The translations under genes and the position numbers were made by a program. Under the pieces are notes generated by a model. It ran no database searches. It saw only the letters and a program-made list of their open reading frames with translations, and was not told the DNA's origin. From Trueperaceae bacterium (lineage in GTDB: Bacteria; Deinococcota; Deinococci; Deinococcales; Trueperaceae), in the NCBI GenBank assembly GCA_965214405.1, contig OZ243956.1, positions 2,784,001 to 2,848,000 of the forward strand: DNA of 64,000 bases, written 5' to 3'. This document shows, in pieces, positions 9,386 through 18,979 of this stretch. Positions within the stretch are counted from its first letter, which is position 1; each line of letters starts with the position of its first letter.

Positions 9386-10468
9386 ATGAGTGACGCAGCA
9401 GCCAACACAGCGCCCAACGAATCAGCGACTGGCGGTGCCCAGGCAGAAACGGTCAATATTACCGAGCTGTTGGGCGACGGCATCGGGCCGGAGCTCGAGC
9501 GTAGCGTCCACACAATAGCCGACGCGCTGCCCATTAACTTCACTTTTCACCCCATCGACTGGTCGCTACCGACGCGAGAAAACAAGGGCGACGCCGCCAT
9601 CGACGAGGCCGAGGCGTCGATGCGGGAGACTAAACTTGCGCTCAAATATCCCACCGTGACCGGCTCGCGCTCGCCCAACGCGCTGATAAGACGCCGCTGC
9701 GGCTTTTCCGTTATCTACCGGCCCGCCATCTCGATCGAAGGCATCTCGTCAAATTTTAAGCGCAACGTAAATCTCCACATCGTCCGTGTGGCGGTGGGCG
9801 GCACCTATGACGACCCCGGCCAACTGGTCGGCAAAGACGCCGCCGTGTCGCTCCGTCTGGTTGAACGCGAGCCCTGCGCGCAGGCGGCGGCCTTTGCTTT
9901 TGAGCTGGCGCAAAAAAAGGGCTGGCGCGTCACCTCGTCGTCAAAGTACACCATCCAAAAGGCGACGGACGGGCTTTTCGAGTCGGTCGTCAAGGACGTT
10001 CACGAAAATTACGCCGAGGTGCCGCTCAACCAGGAACTTTTCGACGCGCTCCTAGCCAAAATCATCCTGACGCCGCAAAAGTACGAGGTGGTTTTGGTCC
10101 TCAACGAATACGGGGATTTTTTGTCCGACATGGCCTCGGGTCTCGTCGGCAGTTTGGGCACGGGGGCGAGCGGCAACTATTCGTTTAAGCCCAACCGCGA
10201 GGTCGATATCGCCATGTTCGACCCCGCCGGGGGCACCGCGCCCGACATCGCGGGCCAAAACGTCGCCAACCCCACCGCCGTTTTGCTCTCGTTCGGGATG
10301 CTTTTGGATCATGTGGGCCGCTACGATTTGGGCCACGCGCTGCGCTTGAGCCTGCTTCAGGCCATCCGGGAGGGCAAGAGCACTCGAGACCTGGGCGGGA
10401 CGTTGAGTACCACCGACTTTACGGAGGTGGTGCTGGGGGGTCTGGATGAGCATCTGCCGTCCACCTAG
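9386..10468 (+). CDS. Isocitrate/isopropylmalate dehydrogenase family protein, divergent
   Basis: GDGIGPE, NEYGDFLSDMASGLVGSLG and TAPDIAGQNVANPTA. Confidence 0.88.
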   Translation: MSDAAANTAPNESATGGAQAETVNITELLGDGIGPELERSVHTIADALPINFTFHPIDWSLPTRENKGDAAIDEAEASMRETKLALKYPTVTGSRSPNALIRRRCGFSVIYRPAISIEGISSNFKRNVNLHIVRVAVGGTYDDPGQLVGKDAAVSLRLVEREPCAQAAAFAFELAQKKGWRVTSSSKYTIQKATDGLFESVVKDVHENYAEVPLNQELFDALLAKIILTPQKYEVVLVLNEYGDFLSDMASGLVGSLGTGASGNYSFKPNREVDIAMFDPAGGTAPDIAGQNVANPTAVLLSFGMLLDHVGRYDLGHALRLSLLQAIREGKSTRDLGGTLSTTDFTEVVLGGLDEHLPST

Positions 10469-10679
10469 TTGAGCCTTGAAGGCTCAACTCACGCTCAGTG
10501 CGGGTTGCGCGGGGTGTGGAGAAAATGAGGTGGTGAGGAGAAGATCAAACGCTTACACGCTCTGCTGCTCATCTTTTCATCTCTTTGTTCCGTTCTCTTC
10601 CGTAGCAGCGAGTCAACCGAACTCTGCATCCCCGACCTCGAGTCCTTACTCAAAAGGCGAGGGGCAGTAGGCACCATCA

Positions 10680-11804
10680 ATGGCTGACGACGCGCGTCCC
10701 GGACGCAAACTCTGGCAAGCACCGACGCTTCATAGTGGTGACGAAGCGCGCGGCGTCGGCTGGCTGGACCTTTTCTTCGACCTCTTCTTCGTCGCCCTCG
10801 TCGCCGAACTCGCGCATCACTTGACCGAGCACCCAGGCGCGGCGGGCGTGCGGACCTTTTTGTTCTTGTTCATCCCGGTATGGTGGGTCTGGATTGGCGA
10901 CACCTACTACGGCGAACGCTTTGAAACCGAGGGCTTAGAGTCCCGGCTCTACCTCTACGCGCTGATGCTGCCCGTTATCGGCATGGCGGTTTACGCGCAC
11001 GACGGGCTTGGCGAGACCTACACGGGCTTTGCGCTTTCTTACGCGGCGGCGCGGGCGGTGATCGCCTTTATGTGGGGCTGGGCGACGGTGACTTCTCTCC
11101 GCTTTAGGCCGACCGGGAGGTGGTACACGGGCGCGTTTAGCCTCTCAATCTTGCTGGTCGTGGTGTCTGTGTTTGTATCGTCGCCGGTCAACCTTATCTT
11201 GTTTGGGGCCGCGCTGCTTATCGACCTGCTCACGCCCATCGTCACGCGCCGCTTGCAAAATGAGTTACCCGGGTTTAGCGCCTCGAGGCTCCCCACGCGC
11301 TTCGGGCTCTTTACCATCGTCGCGCTGGCGCTCGGGCTGTGGTGGCTCTACTTCGACTTTATCGGGCGGCGGCGTCCCAAAGGGGGCGGGTGGATGATCG
11401 CGTGGAGCCATCTGCACCTGCCTTTTGTGATTGCCGTGGCCGCCATCGGCGCGGGCGTGACGAACGTGATTGCGGCTGAGGGCATTCTTGGACGAGAGGT
11501 TCAGCATCTTATCGGCGGCTTTGTCGGGGTGGCGCTCCTGACGTTGGCGCTGCTCGAGCCCACCCTCATCCGCACCTCCGGCGAGCCCACCCACAGGGCG
11601 CTAAGCCCGCTTCTTAAAGTTTTTTCAGGAGCGGCGGCGTTTGTGGTCGGCTTTGCGCTACCTCTTAATTCCCTTCTCTTCTTGGGGCTACTCGTCGCAC
11701 TTTTGCTCGTCAACATGGTTTATAGGCTGTGGGTTTGGTTTAGTCAGGGCGGGGCGGCGGAGAGTCCGGAGGCGGAGAGTCCGGAGGTTGCTATCGGTGC
11801 TTGA
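10680..11804 (+). CDS. ltrA: Low temperature requirement protein A (LtrA) family membrane protein, possibly with an internal in-frame deletion
   Basis: WLDLFFDLFFVA, WWVW...YGERF, RFGLFTI, LWWLYFD and HLHLP. Confidence 0.85.
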   Translation: MADDARPGRKLWQAPTLHSGDEARGVGWLDLFFDLFFVALVAELAHHLTEHPGAAGVRTFLFLFIPVWWVWIGDTYYGERFETEGLESRLYLYALMLPVIGMAVYAHDGLGETYTGFALSYAAARAVIAFMWGWATVTSLRFRPTGRWYTGAFSLSILLVVVSVFVSSPVNLILFGAALLIDLLTPIVTRRLQNELPGFSASRLPTRFGLFTIVALALGLWWLYFDFIGRRRPKGGGWMIAWSHLHLPFVIAVAAIGAGVTNVIAAEGILGREVQHLIGGFVGVALLTLALLEPTLIRTSGEPTHRALSPLLKVFSGAAAFVVGFALPLNSLLFLGLLVALLLVNMVYRLWVWFSQGGAAESPEAESPEVAIGA

Positions 11805-12042
11805 CTTTATGTAAAGCGTCACCAGAACAAGCTCCTGCTAAGGTAAAGTTCGGAGGCGTGGGGGCTCGAGCCTCGTGCTTCATAAGAAAGGGCGGGCGCT
11901 TACGCAACTGTTGGCCCGGTTAGTCACTTAAAAGAGGCGCACCCTTTGGGGGTGTCAAATGAATCAGGTGTTCGCCCTGAAGTTAGAATTAGACGAACCT
12001 GCTATTTTAGATAACGAGTGAACGCTTGGTTTTCTGGCTGAG

Positions 12043-13113
12043 TCACCGCATGAACGCGATCATTTGCTCAAATAGCTCTAGATCCTGACGGAAATCTGAC
12101 GGGTCCGTTTTGGGTGACAAACGTTCTGTGACATTTTTGTGAAAAGCTTTCCACTCGACTACGAAAGGATCTCCCCAGCCTGGGTGCGTGACCTGTTCTG
12201 TAACGCCACCGTTTCCGTCGATCTCAGTGACATAGACTCGGATTGGTAGATTGCGTATGTAAGGAGTATCGTACTGAACGCGAATAACCTTCTCCAAACC
12301 GTACACCTCGATATGCCCATCAAATCGGGGTATGCTGTCAATTCCCGTCTCAAACTGACAGACATAATCCCCATAGTCGAATGCTGCGCTAATATATCGG
12401 CCTGCGTGTCGGGCTGCTGCATAAAGGACACCTTTGGGCCTGCCCAGGAGTTCGCGCATGGCGGAGGTATCATGTGAACCGAGCCCAAGGAGCACCAAGT
12501 ATGCCTTTCGGAGAGCCTCTGGTGTATCTCCGATTGCTTCAAACACCAACGACTCTTGCAGAGTTTCGGCCTGCGCCTTAACTTCAAGTGGGATGTCACA
12601 GCCTCGGATGACGTTGGAGGTATTCTCGATAATGAGCGCGTTTTTGCCGAGAACGTCGTGAACACGTGCAAGATTGATTGATGGGAGTTTCCTGACGAGT
12701 TCTCGTGCATGTATAAAGGCAGGTGCATACCGGCGCATGTAACCTACCTGCACCGTCACCCCGTACTGCCTCTGAGCTTTGATGATGGCGTCGGCTTCGT
12801 GCAGGGTTATGCACATAGGTTTCTCAACAAGTACATGCTTGCCTGCTTTTATTGCCTCTAAAACGACCGATGAATGATAGGCGTGGGGATTGGCAACGAG
12901 AACGGCATCGACGTTGGGATGCTCGATAAGCTTACTATGATCTGTGAACCGTAGATCGACCGACCATTGATCGCCTACGCCTTCCAGTACCGTTTGGCTG
13001 ACATCACACAAAGCTGTTACTTCGAAATCCGTTTTGAGCTGACTTAGTGCGGGCAGATGAAGGATTTGGGTGACTTCGCCACAACCAACAATACCTATAC
13101 GCAACTTACTCAT
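12043..13113 (-). CDS. Gfo/Idh/MocA family oxidoreductase
   Basis: RIGIVGCG, GKHVLVEKP and VGYMRRY. Confidence 0.92.
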   Translation of the reverse strand: MSKLRIGIVGCGEVTQILHLPALSQLKTDFEVTALCDVSQTVLEGVGDQWSVDLRFTDHSKLIEHPNVDAVLVANPHAYHSSVVLEAIKAGKHVLVEKPMCITLHEADAIIKAQRQYGVTVQVGYMRRYAPAFIHARELVRKLPSINLARVHDVLGKNALIIENTSNVIRGCDIPLEVKAQAETLQESLVFEAIGDTPEALRKAYLVLLGLGSHDTSAMRELLGRPKGVLYAAARHAGRYISAAFDYGDYVCQFETGIDSIPRFDGHIEVYGLEKVIRVQYDTPYIRNLPIRVYVTEIDGNGGVTEQVTHPGWGDPFVVEWKAFHKNVTERLSPKTDPSDFRQDLELFEQMIAFMR

Positions 13114-13161
13114 GTCGATAACCTCGCAAACAAGAGTTTGTATCTACACTGTTTTGTACCG

Positions 13162-14499
13162 CTAGGTAGCGGAAATAAGACTGCTTATCGCTTCTCGATA
13201 ACGAGGGGAAGCAATCGGCCCCTTAAGCAGTGGGTCGTTTGTCTTTTCCATCCAAGCTCTTAATCTAGCTTTGAGGTCTTGTTCTATTTCGTGATAATTT
13301 CCATCATCATAATTAGCTAAATTATTTCGCTCCAGCGGATCATCCTGAAAATCGTAAAACTCAAAGGGAGAGCGCGTGAAATAGGGACGAGTCGTGAGGG
13401 ATTCTTGAAACGCTTCACTATACACACCGTCGGTTTCACTTCCCAGGGACGAGGACATCTCGGGGGTGAAGATGAGCTTATGATTGACAGTGCGAATACA
13501 GCGCATAGGTTCGTAATGTATCCCGAAGGTGTGTTCTGCGAAAACTTCCTTCCGTTCAGAATACGGTTTGTTTTCCAGGAGCGGCCAAAAGCTACGACCC
13601 TCGATCGTATCCGGAATAGGTATTCCTACCGCTTCTAAAAGTGTTGGCACTATATCCACGTTGCTCGTAAGTTGACTCACCACTTTGCCTCCCACCAATC
13701 CTGCCTTAGGCCACCGCATAATCATCGCAATCTCAATCCCAGCTTCATAGAGAGTGCCCTTGCTGCCTGGAAACGGCATCCCGTGATCAGTTACAAAAAT
13801 CACCCACGTGTTGTCCGTTCGCCCTGTCACGTCCAGGGTTGAAAGGATTCTGCCAACCCCTTCATCAAGCTGACGAATGGCACCTTGAAACCCTGCTAGC
13901 TGCGCCCGTGTCGCTCGCACGTCTGGCAAGAAGGGGGGTACCTGAACACCCTTGCTAAGCTCAGTTTCACCCCATCCAACCAGAGGATATTGGTCCCACC
14001 GAGTATGAGCCTCGAAAAAACCAACTTCAAGATAAAAGGGTTCATTGGCCTTGTAATCCTCTAAATATTTACATGCTTCATCTGCAACTTGTTGGGCTGT
14101 TGCTTTAGACTCGAGCTGTGATAAAAAGTCGAAGCCCAACGCCTGCAGGAGGTCTTGCCTTTCCGACTTGACTACGTGTTGAAATCCAATTTGTGCAGTT
14201 TGGTAACCATGCTCTTTTAAGTGCCCAGCAGTGTGCCGTTCGCTTGCCTTTAGGATCCAATTGAAAGGTTCGAACAAAAAGCCCAACATACCCGTCGAAT
14301 GCGGGTAACGGCCAGTGTGTAGTGCGGCTCGCGACGGGCAGCAAGTCGGTGCCGTGCAAAAGGCATTTTCGAACCGTACGCCTTGTGACGCCAAACCGTC
14401 TAAGGCTGGAGACACTACTGTAGGATTGCCATAACAACCAAGATGGCGACCAAGGTCATGGCATGTGATGAATAAGATGTTTGGAGATGTATCGCCCAT
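13162..14499 (-). CDS. Cys-type S1 sulfatase (sulfamidase-like)
   Basis: PNILFITCHDLG, CCPSRAALHTGRYP (CxPxR), VTDHG and KGTLYEAG. Confidence 0.93.
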   Translation of the reverse strand: MGDTSPNILFITCHDLGRHLGCYGNPTVVSPALDGLASQGVRFENAFCTAPTCCPSRAALHTGRYPHSTGMLGFLFEPFNWILKASERHTAGHLKEHGYQTAQIGFQHVVKSERQDLLQALGFDFLSQLESKATAQQVADEACKYLEDYKANEPFYLEVGFFEAHTRWDQYPLVGWGETELSKGVQVPPFLPDVRATRAQLAGFQGAIRQLDEGVGRILSTLDVTGRTDNTWVIFVTDHGMPFPGSKGTLYEAGIEIAMIMRWPKAGLVGGKVVSQLTSNVDIVPTLLEAVGIPIPDTIEGRSFWPLLENKPYSERKEVFAEHTFGIHYEPMRCIRTVNHKLIFTPEMSSSLGSETDGVYSEAFQESLTTRPYFTRSPFEFYDFQDDPLERNNLANYDDGNYHEIEQDLKARLRAWMEKTNDPLLKGPIASPRYREAISSLISAT

Positions 14500-14560
14500 T
14501 ATGTTGTTCCCTTCAAGAGATAATTCTTACGACCCTGTCCATTTACCCATTCACAAACGT

Positions 14561-15412
14561 TTATCCTTTAACTCCCCCTGCGATGGCTCCATGAACCATG
14601 TATTTTTGGACGAACAGGAACAAAATAAAGGTTGGAAGCAGCGCGAGGGTCGAAGCGGCTAGAAGACTACCCCAATCGGTACGGTACTGTTCCATAAAGA
14701 ATTGAAGCCCGACGGGCATGGTAAGCAGGTCGTTGTCTTTGAGAAACACGTTCGCGATGAAAAACTCGTTGTATGAGAATAGAAACGAAAAAATCGCTAC
14801 CGCAGCGACCCCAGGCCCGGACAGCGGCAAAATAATACGGGCAAAACCCTGCATCTTGTTGCAACCGTCGACCAAAGCGGCTTCCTCGAGTTCCTTCGGG
14901 ATGCTGTCGAAAAAGGCTTTGAACATCCACGTGGCAAAGGGTAGATGCACCACGGTATAGATGAGGATGACCGAAAGGTAGGTATTTAAAAGGTGTAGAT
15001 TACGAAAGACGATAAACAGAGGAATGATAGCGAGTATGAGCGGAAACATTTGAACCATCAGCAGGGCGCGCGAGTAGCTTGTAAGGACAAAAGACCGAAA
15101 CCGCGACAGTGCATAACCTGCGAAAGAGGCGGCTATGACCGTACCCAGCGTAGCAGCAAAAGAAATAACAGCGCTATTCTTAAAAAAAGTCCAGAAATCG
15201 GTTCTGGTGCTTACGTAAACGTAGTTCCTAAACGAAAAAGAAGAGGGAAGAAGTCCTCGCGAGGTCGTGATCTCTGCTGTGCTTTGAAAGGAATTCAAAA
15301 TCATGCTGATGACTGGCAAATTGATGACCAGTACCACGAGAACCAAAACACAAAAAAGGCCCCATCTTTTTGCAGATGTAGTGCGCAACATGACTAAATC
15401 ATCGCTCCTCAT
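14561..15412 (-). CDS. Carbohydrate ABC transporter permease (MalG-like)
   Basis: EAA loop IPKELEEAALVDG; C-terminal GGVKG. Confidence 0.93.
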   Translation of the reverse strand: MRSDDLVMLRTTSAKRWGLFCVLVLVVLVINLPVISMILNSFQSTAEITTSRGLLPSSFSFRNYVYVSTRTDFWTFFKNSAVISFAATLGTVIAASFAGYALSRFRSFVLTSYSRALLMVQMFPLILAIIPLFIVFRNLHLLNTYLSVILIYTVVHLPFATWMFKAFFDSIPKELEEAALVDGCNKMQGFARIILPLSGPGVAAVAIFSFLFSYNEFFIANVFLKDNDLLTMPVGLQFFMEQYRTDWGSLLAASTLALLPTFILFLFVQKYMVHGAIAGGVKG

Positions 15413-16310
15413 TCTGAACTCTTAACAGGGCTACCGCGAGAATCGCCAAAATAACGAAGCTCACAACAGCAATGGCAGACCCAATACCCACGTCATTACG
15501 GGCGAAAGTGTACTTATACGCAAGAATAATGAAATTTTCGGTGGCATTCGAAGGTCCTCCCTGAGTGAGCAACCAGATCGAATCGAAGCCGTTGACGGTC
15601 CAAATCGTCATGAGAATGCACAGGACAATGGATATGTTCCTGAGTTGTGGAAGCGTGACATAACGAAAAATCTGCCAACCGCCCGCACCATCGAGCCGGG
15701 CGGCTTCATACAAGTTCCGGTCAATACCCTGAAGTGCCGCGAGAAGAGACAGCATCATGAAAGGAAAGCTTCGCCATATCTTGACGATGATCACAGAAAA
15801 GACAGCCCACCCCTCATTACTTAGAAAGTACACGGGGCCTAGCCCGACATAGCCGAGAACTACGTTGACAAGGCCGTACTGGTCGGCAATCATCCAGCGC
15901 CAGCCCGTTATAGCCACTATAGAAGGGATAATCCACGGAACAAGGAGTGCGACACGGAAAAACCCTTGCCCAGGGACGTTCTGATTGACCAACATCGCCA
16001 AAGCCAGGCCAAGGGAATAGCAACCGACAATATTGAAGAACGCAAAAATCAAACTAAAGTACGCGGCGTTGTGAAAATCCGCCATAGCGAAAAGTTCCGC
16101 AAAATTTTGTAAACCAACGAATGGTCCGAGTTGCAACAATGAGCCTTCACGAAGGCTATATAGAAGGCCGGTCAGGAAAGGATAAAAAATGATTGCGACG
16201 ATCAGTACAACTGAGGGAAGCAGCAGAAAATAGGGTAGCAAGTCGACCTTGTATGGTTTTTTCAGGGCCTGGGTTTTTTTGTGCCTACCCCGCGATAGTT
16301 GGGTTCTCAT
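15399..16310 (-). CDS. Carbohydrate ABC transporter permease (MalF-like)
   Basis: LYEAARLDGA and LTQGGP. Confidence 0.93.
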   Translation of the reverse strand: MRTQLSRGRHKKTQALKKPYKVDLLPYFLLLPSVVLIVAIIFYPFLTGLLYSLREGSLLQLGPFVGLQNFAELFAMADFHNAAYFSLIFAFFNIVGCYSLGLALAMLVNQNVPGQGFFRVALLVPWIIPSIVAITGWRWMIADQYGLVNVVLGYVGLGPVYFLSNEGWAVFSVIIVKIWRSFPFMMLSLLAALQGIDRNLYEAARLDGAGGWQIFRYVTLPQLRNISIVLCILMTIWTVNGFDSIWLLTQGGPSNATENFIILAYKYTFARNDVGIGSAIAVVSFVILAILAVALLRVQNEER

Positions 16311-16431
16311 AGATCACCTCAAGAGGAAAGCTTTGATCATTTTTGCTTACCGAGACGAGAAAGTGGGAGACGGATGTGAGTAACATAGGCCAGCTTTGTA
16401 CCCACACCCATCTGCTCAACCATTAAACGTT

Positions 16432-17733
16432 CTACTCTCCCAAGCTGAGGTCTTTCATGACGTCGCTGAACCTGGCGTTCGCCTTCTCGACCGAGGCCAT
16501 CAAATCCTTGCCTTGTAGAAGATCTTGAACCAAGGTTTGCATAAAGCCCTCTCCGTCGAGCACGTTAAGCTCTGGGAAGATCGAGGGATATTTGGCTCCG
16601 ATTGCCTGAGCGACCGGTATGTACTCATCGATGATCATTGCAGTGTTGGGATTTTCCTGAAAGAAGGGATCAGCCACGAACGATTGTCGCGCTGGAATGT
16701 TGCCGGTAATACCCCCGTCAATCCAGAGAGGTTTTTCGTGCTCCGCCCACCACTTTAGGAAGGTCTTAGCCGCTTCGGGATGCTCACTTTGCTTGTAAAC
16801 CATGATGCCGTTTAATGCTCGGAAGGTCCCTTTATCTCCGCTCGGTCCTTCTAAAGGCGGTAGCACACCAATATCATCGGCAATCTCGGGAAATTGATTG
16901 ACTAAACCAGGTCCGGCGAGAACGATAGCGGCGTCGCCTCGGGCAAAGGCGGACTGCGCATCTCCCGATGTATAGCCAGCGCTAGCTGGATGCATCACAC
17001 CGCTCTGCGCTAGATCCGAAAAGAAGCGAAACGCTTCTAAATTGCGCGGATCCATAAAGTCAGGCTCTCCCGTCTCGGTGAACAACCCACCACCGTTGTT
17101 GACGACAAGCGTGTAAAGGTAGTGGGTTCCTCCCGAATCTTGGGATCCAACAATCCCATACTGCCCGTCGCCGGTCAGCGCTTCCGTCGCCGCTCGAAAC
17201 TCTTCCCAAGTTGTTGGTAGTTCAATTCCCGCTTCTTCGAAAAGGCTCTTCCGGTAGTACCACGAACGAGTTCCTATGCTCCAGGGCAAAGCTATATTAT
17301 GCCCGTCGTACTTAAAGAAATCGACGACTCCAGGGACATAATCATCCAACTGACCTTCGTCACGGAGTTCGGCGACCACTTCATCAATTGGCTCGATTGC
17401 CCCCATATCGTACAACTGTACGGGGATAAAAGCGGCTCCAGTACTGATGTCCGGAGCGGTCCCAGAACCAATCGCCGTTAAGAAGGTTTGGTACCAATTA
17501 TTCCACGGAACAGAGCGGTATTCTACTTGAATGTCCGGATTCTCCGCGTTGAACTGGTCCACGAGTCCGGTCGCCACATCAATATACTGCGGCGGTCCCC
17601 AAACCATATCCCAGAATTCGATGTTTGTCTGAGCACTAGCTGTGCCTATGAAACCAAACAATGGGAGGAGTAGGAAGATGAATGCTGTTTTGAGTGAACG
17701 CTGACCTGGTCCTGTAGTACAGTTGTGGTTCAT
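16432..17733 (-). CDS. Sugar ABC transporter substrate-binding protein
   Basis: Signal peptide ending ASA-Q; FNAENPDIQV, GTAPDI and YYRKSLFEEAGIELPTTWEE. Confidence 0.92.
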   Translation of the reverse strand: MNHNCTTGPGQRSLKTAFIFLLLPLFGFIGTASAQTNIEFWDMVWGPPQYIDVATGLVDQFNAENPDIQVEYRSVPWNNWYQTFLTAIGSGTAPDISTGAAFIPVQLYDMGAIEPIDEVVAELRDEGQLDDYVPGVVDFFKYDGHNIALPWSIGTRSWYYRKSLFEEAGIELPTTWEEFRAATEALTGDGQYGIVGSQDSGGTHYLYTLVVNNGGGLFTETGEPDFMDPRNLEAFRFFSDLAQSGVMHPASAGYTSGDAQSAFARGDAAIVLAGPGLVNQFPEIADDIGVLPPLEGPSGDKGTFRALNGIMVYKQSEHPEAAKTFLKWWAEHEKPLWIDGGITGNIPARQSFVADPFFQENPNTAMIIDEYIPVAQAIGAKYPSIFPELNVLDGEGFMQTLVQDLLQGKDLMASVEKANARFSDVMKDLSLGE

Positions 17734-17831
17734 GCTGTTGAGGCTCCTTTCAACAACGGTTACCCGTCTGGGGGGCGTGAGTGGTCTATGATTGAAGACG
17801 GCTCAATAAAACCGCTGATCACGAGACACTC

Positions 17832-18842
17832 TTACTTGGGGGTGTTTACCGAATCTCTTACAACAAGTTGAGGGCTAAACCTTGGCACCACCTCCTTTTC
17901 AGCCGAGTAGCCTTTTAGATAGGAGATAGCTAGATGAGCAGCAGCCTCGCTCATCTCCTGGATAGGTTGTCTGATGGTGGTCAAAGGTGGATAAGCGAAA
18001 GCAGCAACGTCAACATCGTCGTAACCGACAACAGAAACATCCTCGGGAACACTCAAACCAGCTTGTCTCAAAGCTTTGTAAGCACCGATAGCCATAATAT
18101 CTGTCGAAGCAAAAATGGCGGTGAAAGCCTCATTACGCCCTAAAAGCTGTTCAGTAGCCTCATACGCGCTCGTTTGGTCAAAACCTTTAGGGCTAACGAC
18201 GAGTTGCTCGGAATAGGCTATGTTTGCTTTCTCTAAAGTACGGCGAAAACCGTTCAGTCTAGAAACAGTATGTTCGTGAAATTCTGGAAAGGCAATATGG
18301 GCAATGTAACGGTGCCCCTGGTCAATTAGATACCCTGTAGCCAGTTCCGCACCTTGTTCATCATCAATGCAAATACAGTGTTCAGCAAACGTAGAGACGT
18401 ATTGGCCTATATGTATGAACTGGATACCTTGCTCTGTAAGCTCGAGTAGCTTGTTTTCAGGTACATGCGAATTACTTAGAATGACCACATTGTACTTTTG
18501 CTGACGCAAAAACTCTATCGCGCTGAGTTCATCTTTTGATGAGCGGTTACCACTAGCCACCGTAATTTGCAAGTTGTAGCCTTTGGTTACGCCCTCAATA
18601 CCACGCAGTATCATACCAAAGTAAGGGTCAGCGAAATCTTGGATAACCACGCCTATACCATCAGCTTGCTTACCCGCTAAGCCCCTGGCAAATTTGTTCG
18701 GAAAGTAGTTGAGTTGCCTCATAGCGTTTGTGACCTGCTGTCCTGTTTTGGAAGCTACATTCCCATTTTGGTTAATCACACGGGAAACCGTAGCCGTTGA
18801 GACATTTGCAAGTTTTGCAACATCAGCTATAGTTGGCAACAT
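17832..18842 (-). CDS. LacI family transcriptional regulator
   Basis: TIADVAKLANVSTATVSRVIN, VPEDVSVVGYDD and PPLTTIRQP. Confidence 0.96.
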   Translation of the reverse strand: MLPTIADVAKLANVSTATVSRVINQNGNVASKTGQQVTNAMRQLNYFPNKFARGLAGKQADGIGVVIQDFADPYFGMILRGIEGVTKGYNLQITVASGNRSSKDELSAIEFLRQQKYNVVILSNSHVPENKLLELTEQGIQFIHIGQYVSTFAEHCICIDDEQGAELATGYLIDQGHRYIAHIAFPEFHEHTVSRLNGFRRTLEKANIAYSEQLVVSPKGFDQTSAYEATEQLLGRNEAFTAIFASTDIMAIGAYKALRQAGLSVPEDVSVVGYDDVDVAAFAYPPLTTIRQPIQEMSEAAAHLAISYLKGYSAEKEVVPRFSPQLVVRDSVNTPK

Positions 18843-18850
18843 AGCTCCTT

Positions 18851-18955
18851 AATGTAAGCGCTTACATTGGGAATGCGGTTTGATTTCCCTATTATTTTGA
18901 TCTAGCATCTTGTGTAAGCGCTTACAACTCTACTCTAACCTCCCCATTTTGTCAA
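18851..18955 (-). promoter_or_regulatory. Sigma70-type promoter with two perfect LacI-type operators TGTAAGCGCTTACA (18853-18866 and 18913-18926)
   Basis: TTGACA (18950-55), 17-nt spacer, TAGAGT (18927-32); one operator abuts the -10 and the other abuts the RBS. Confidence 0.9.
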
Positions 18956-18979
18956 GCTTCTGCATCGGCTCCATCGGCT

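Noticed and set aside
11835..11920. TGCTAAGGT promoter-like motif followed by an imperfect hairpin (possible sRNA)
   Set aside because: Weak, GU-rich stem with no terminator or family match visible by eye
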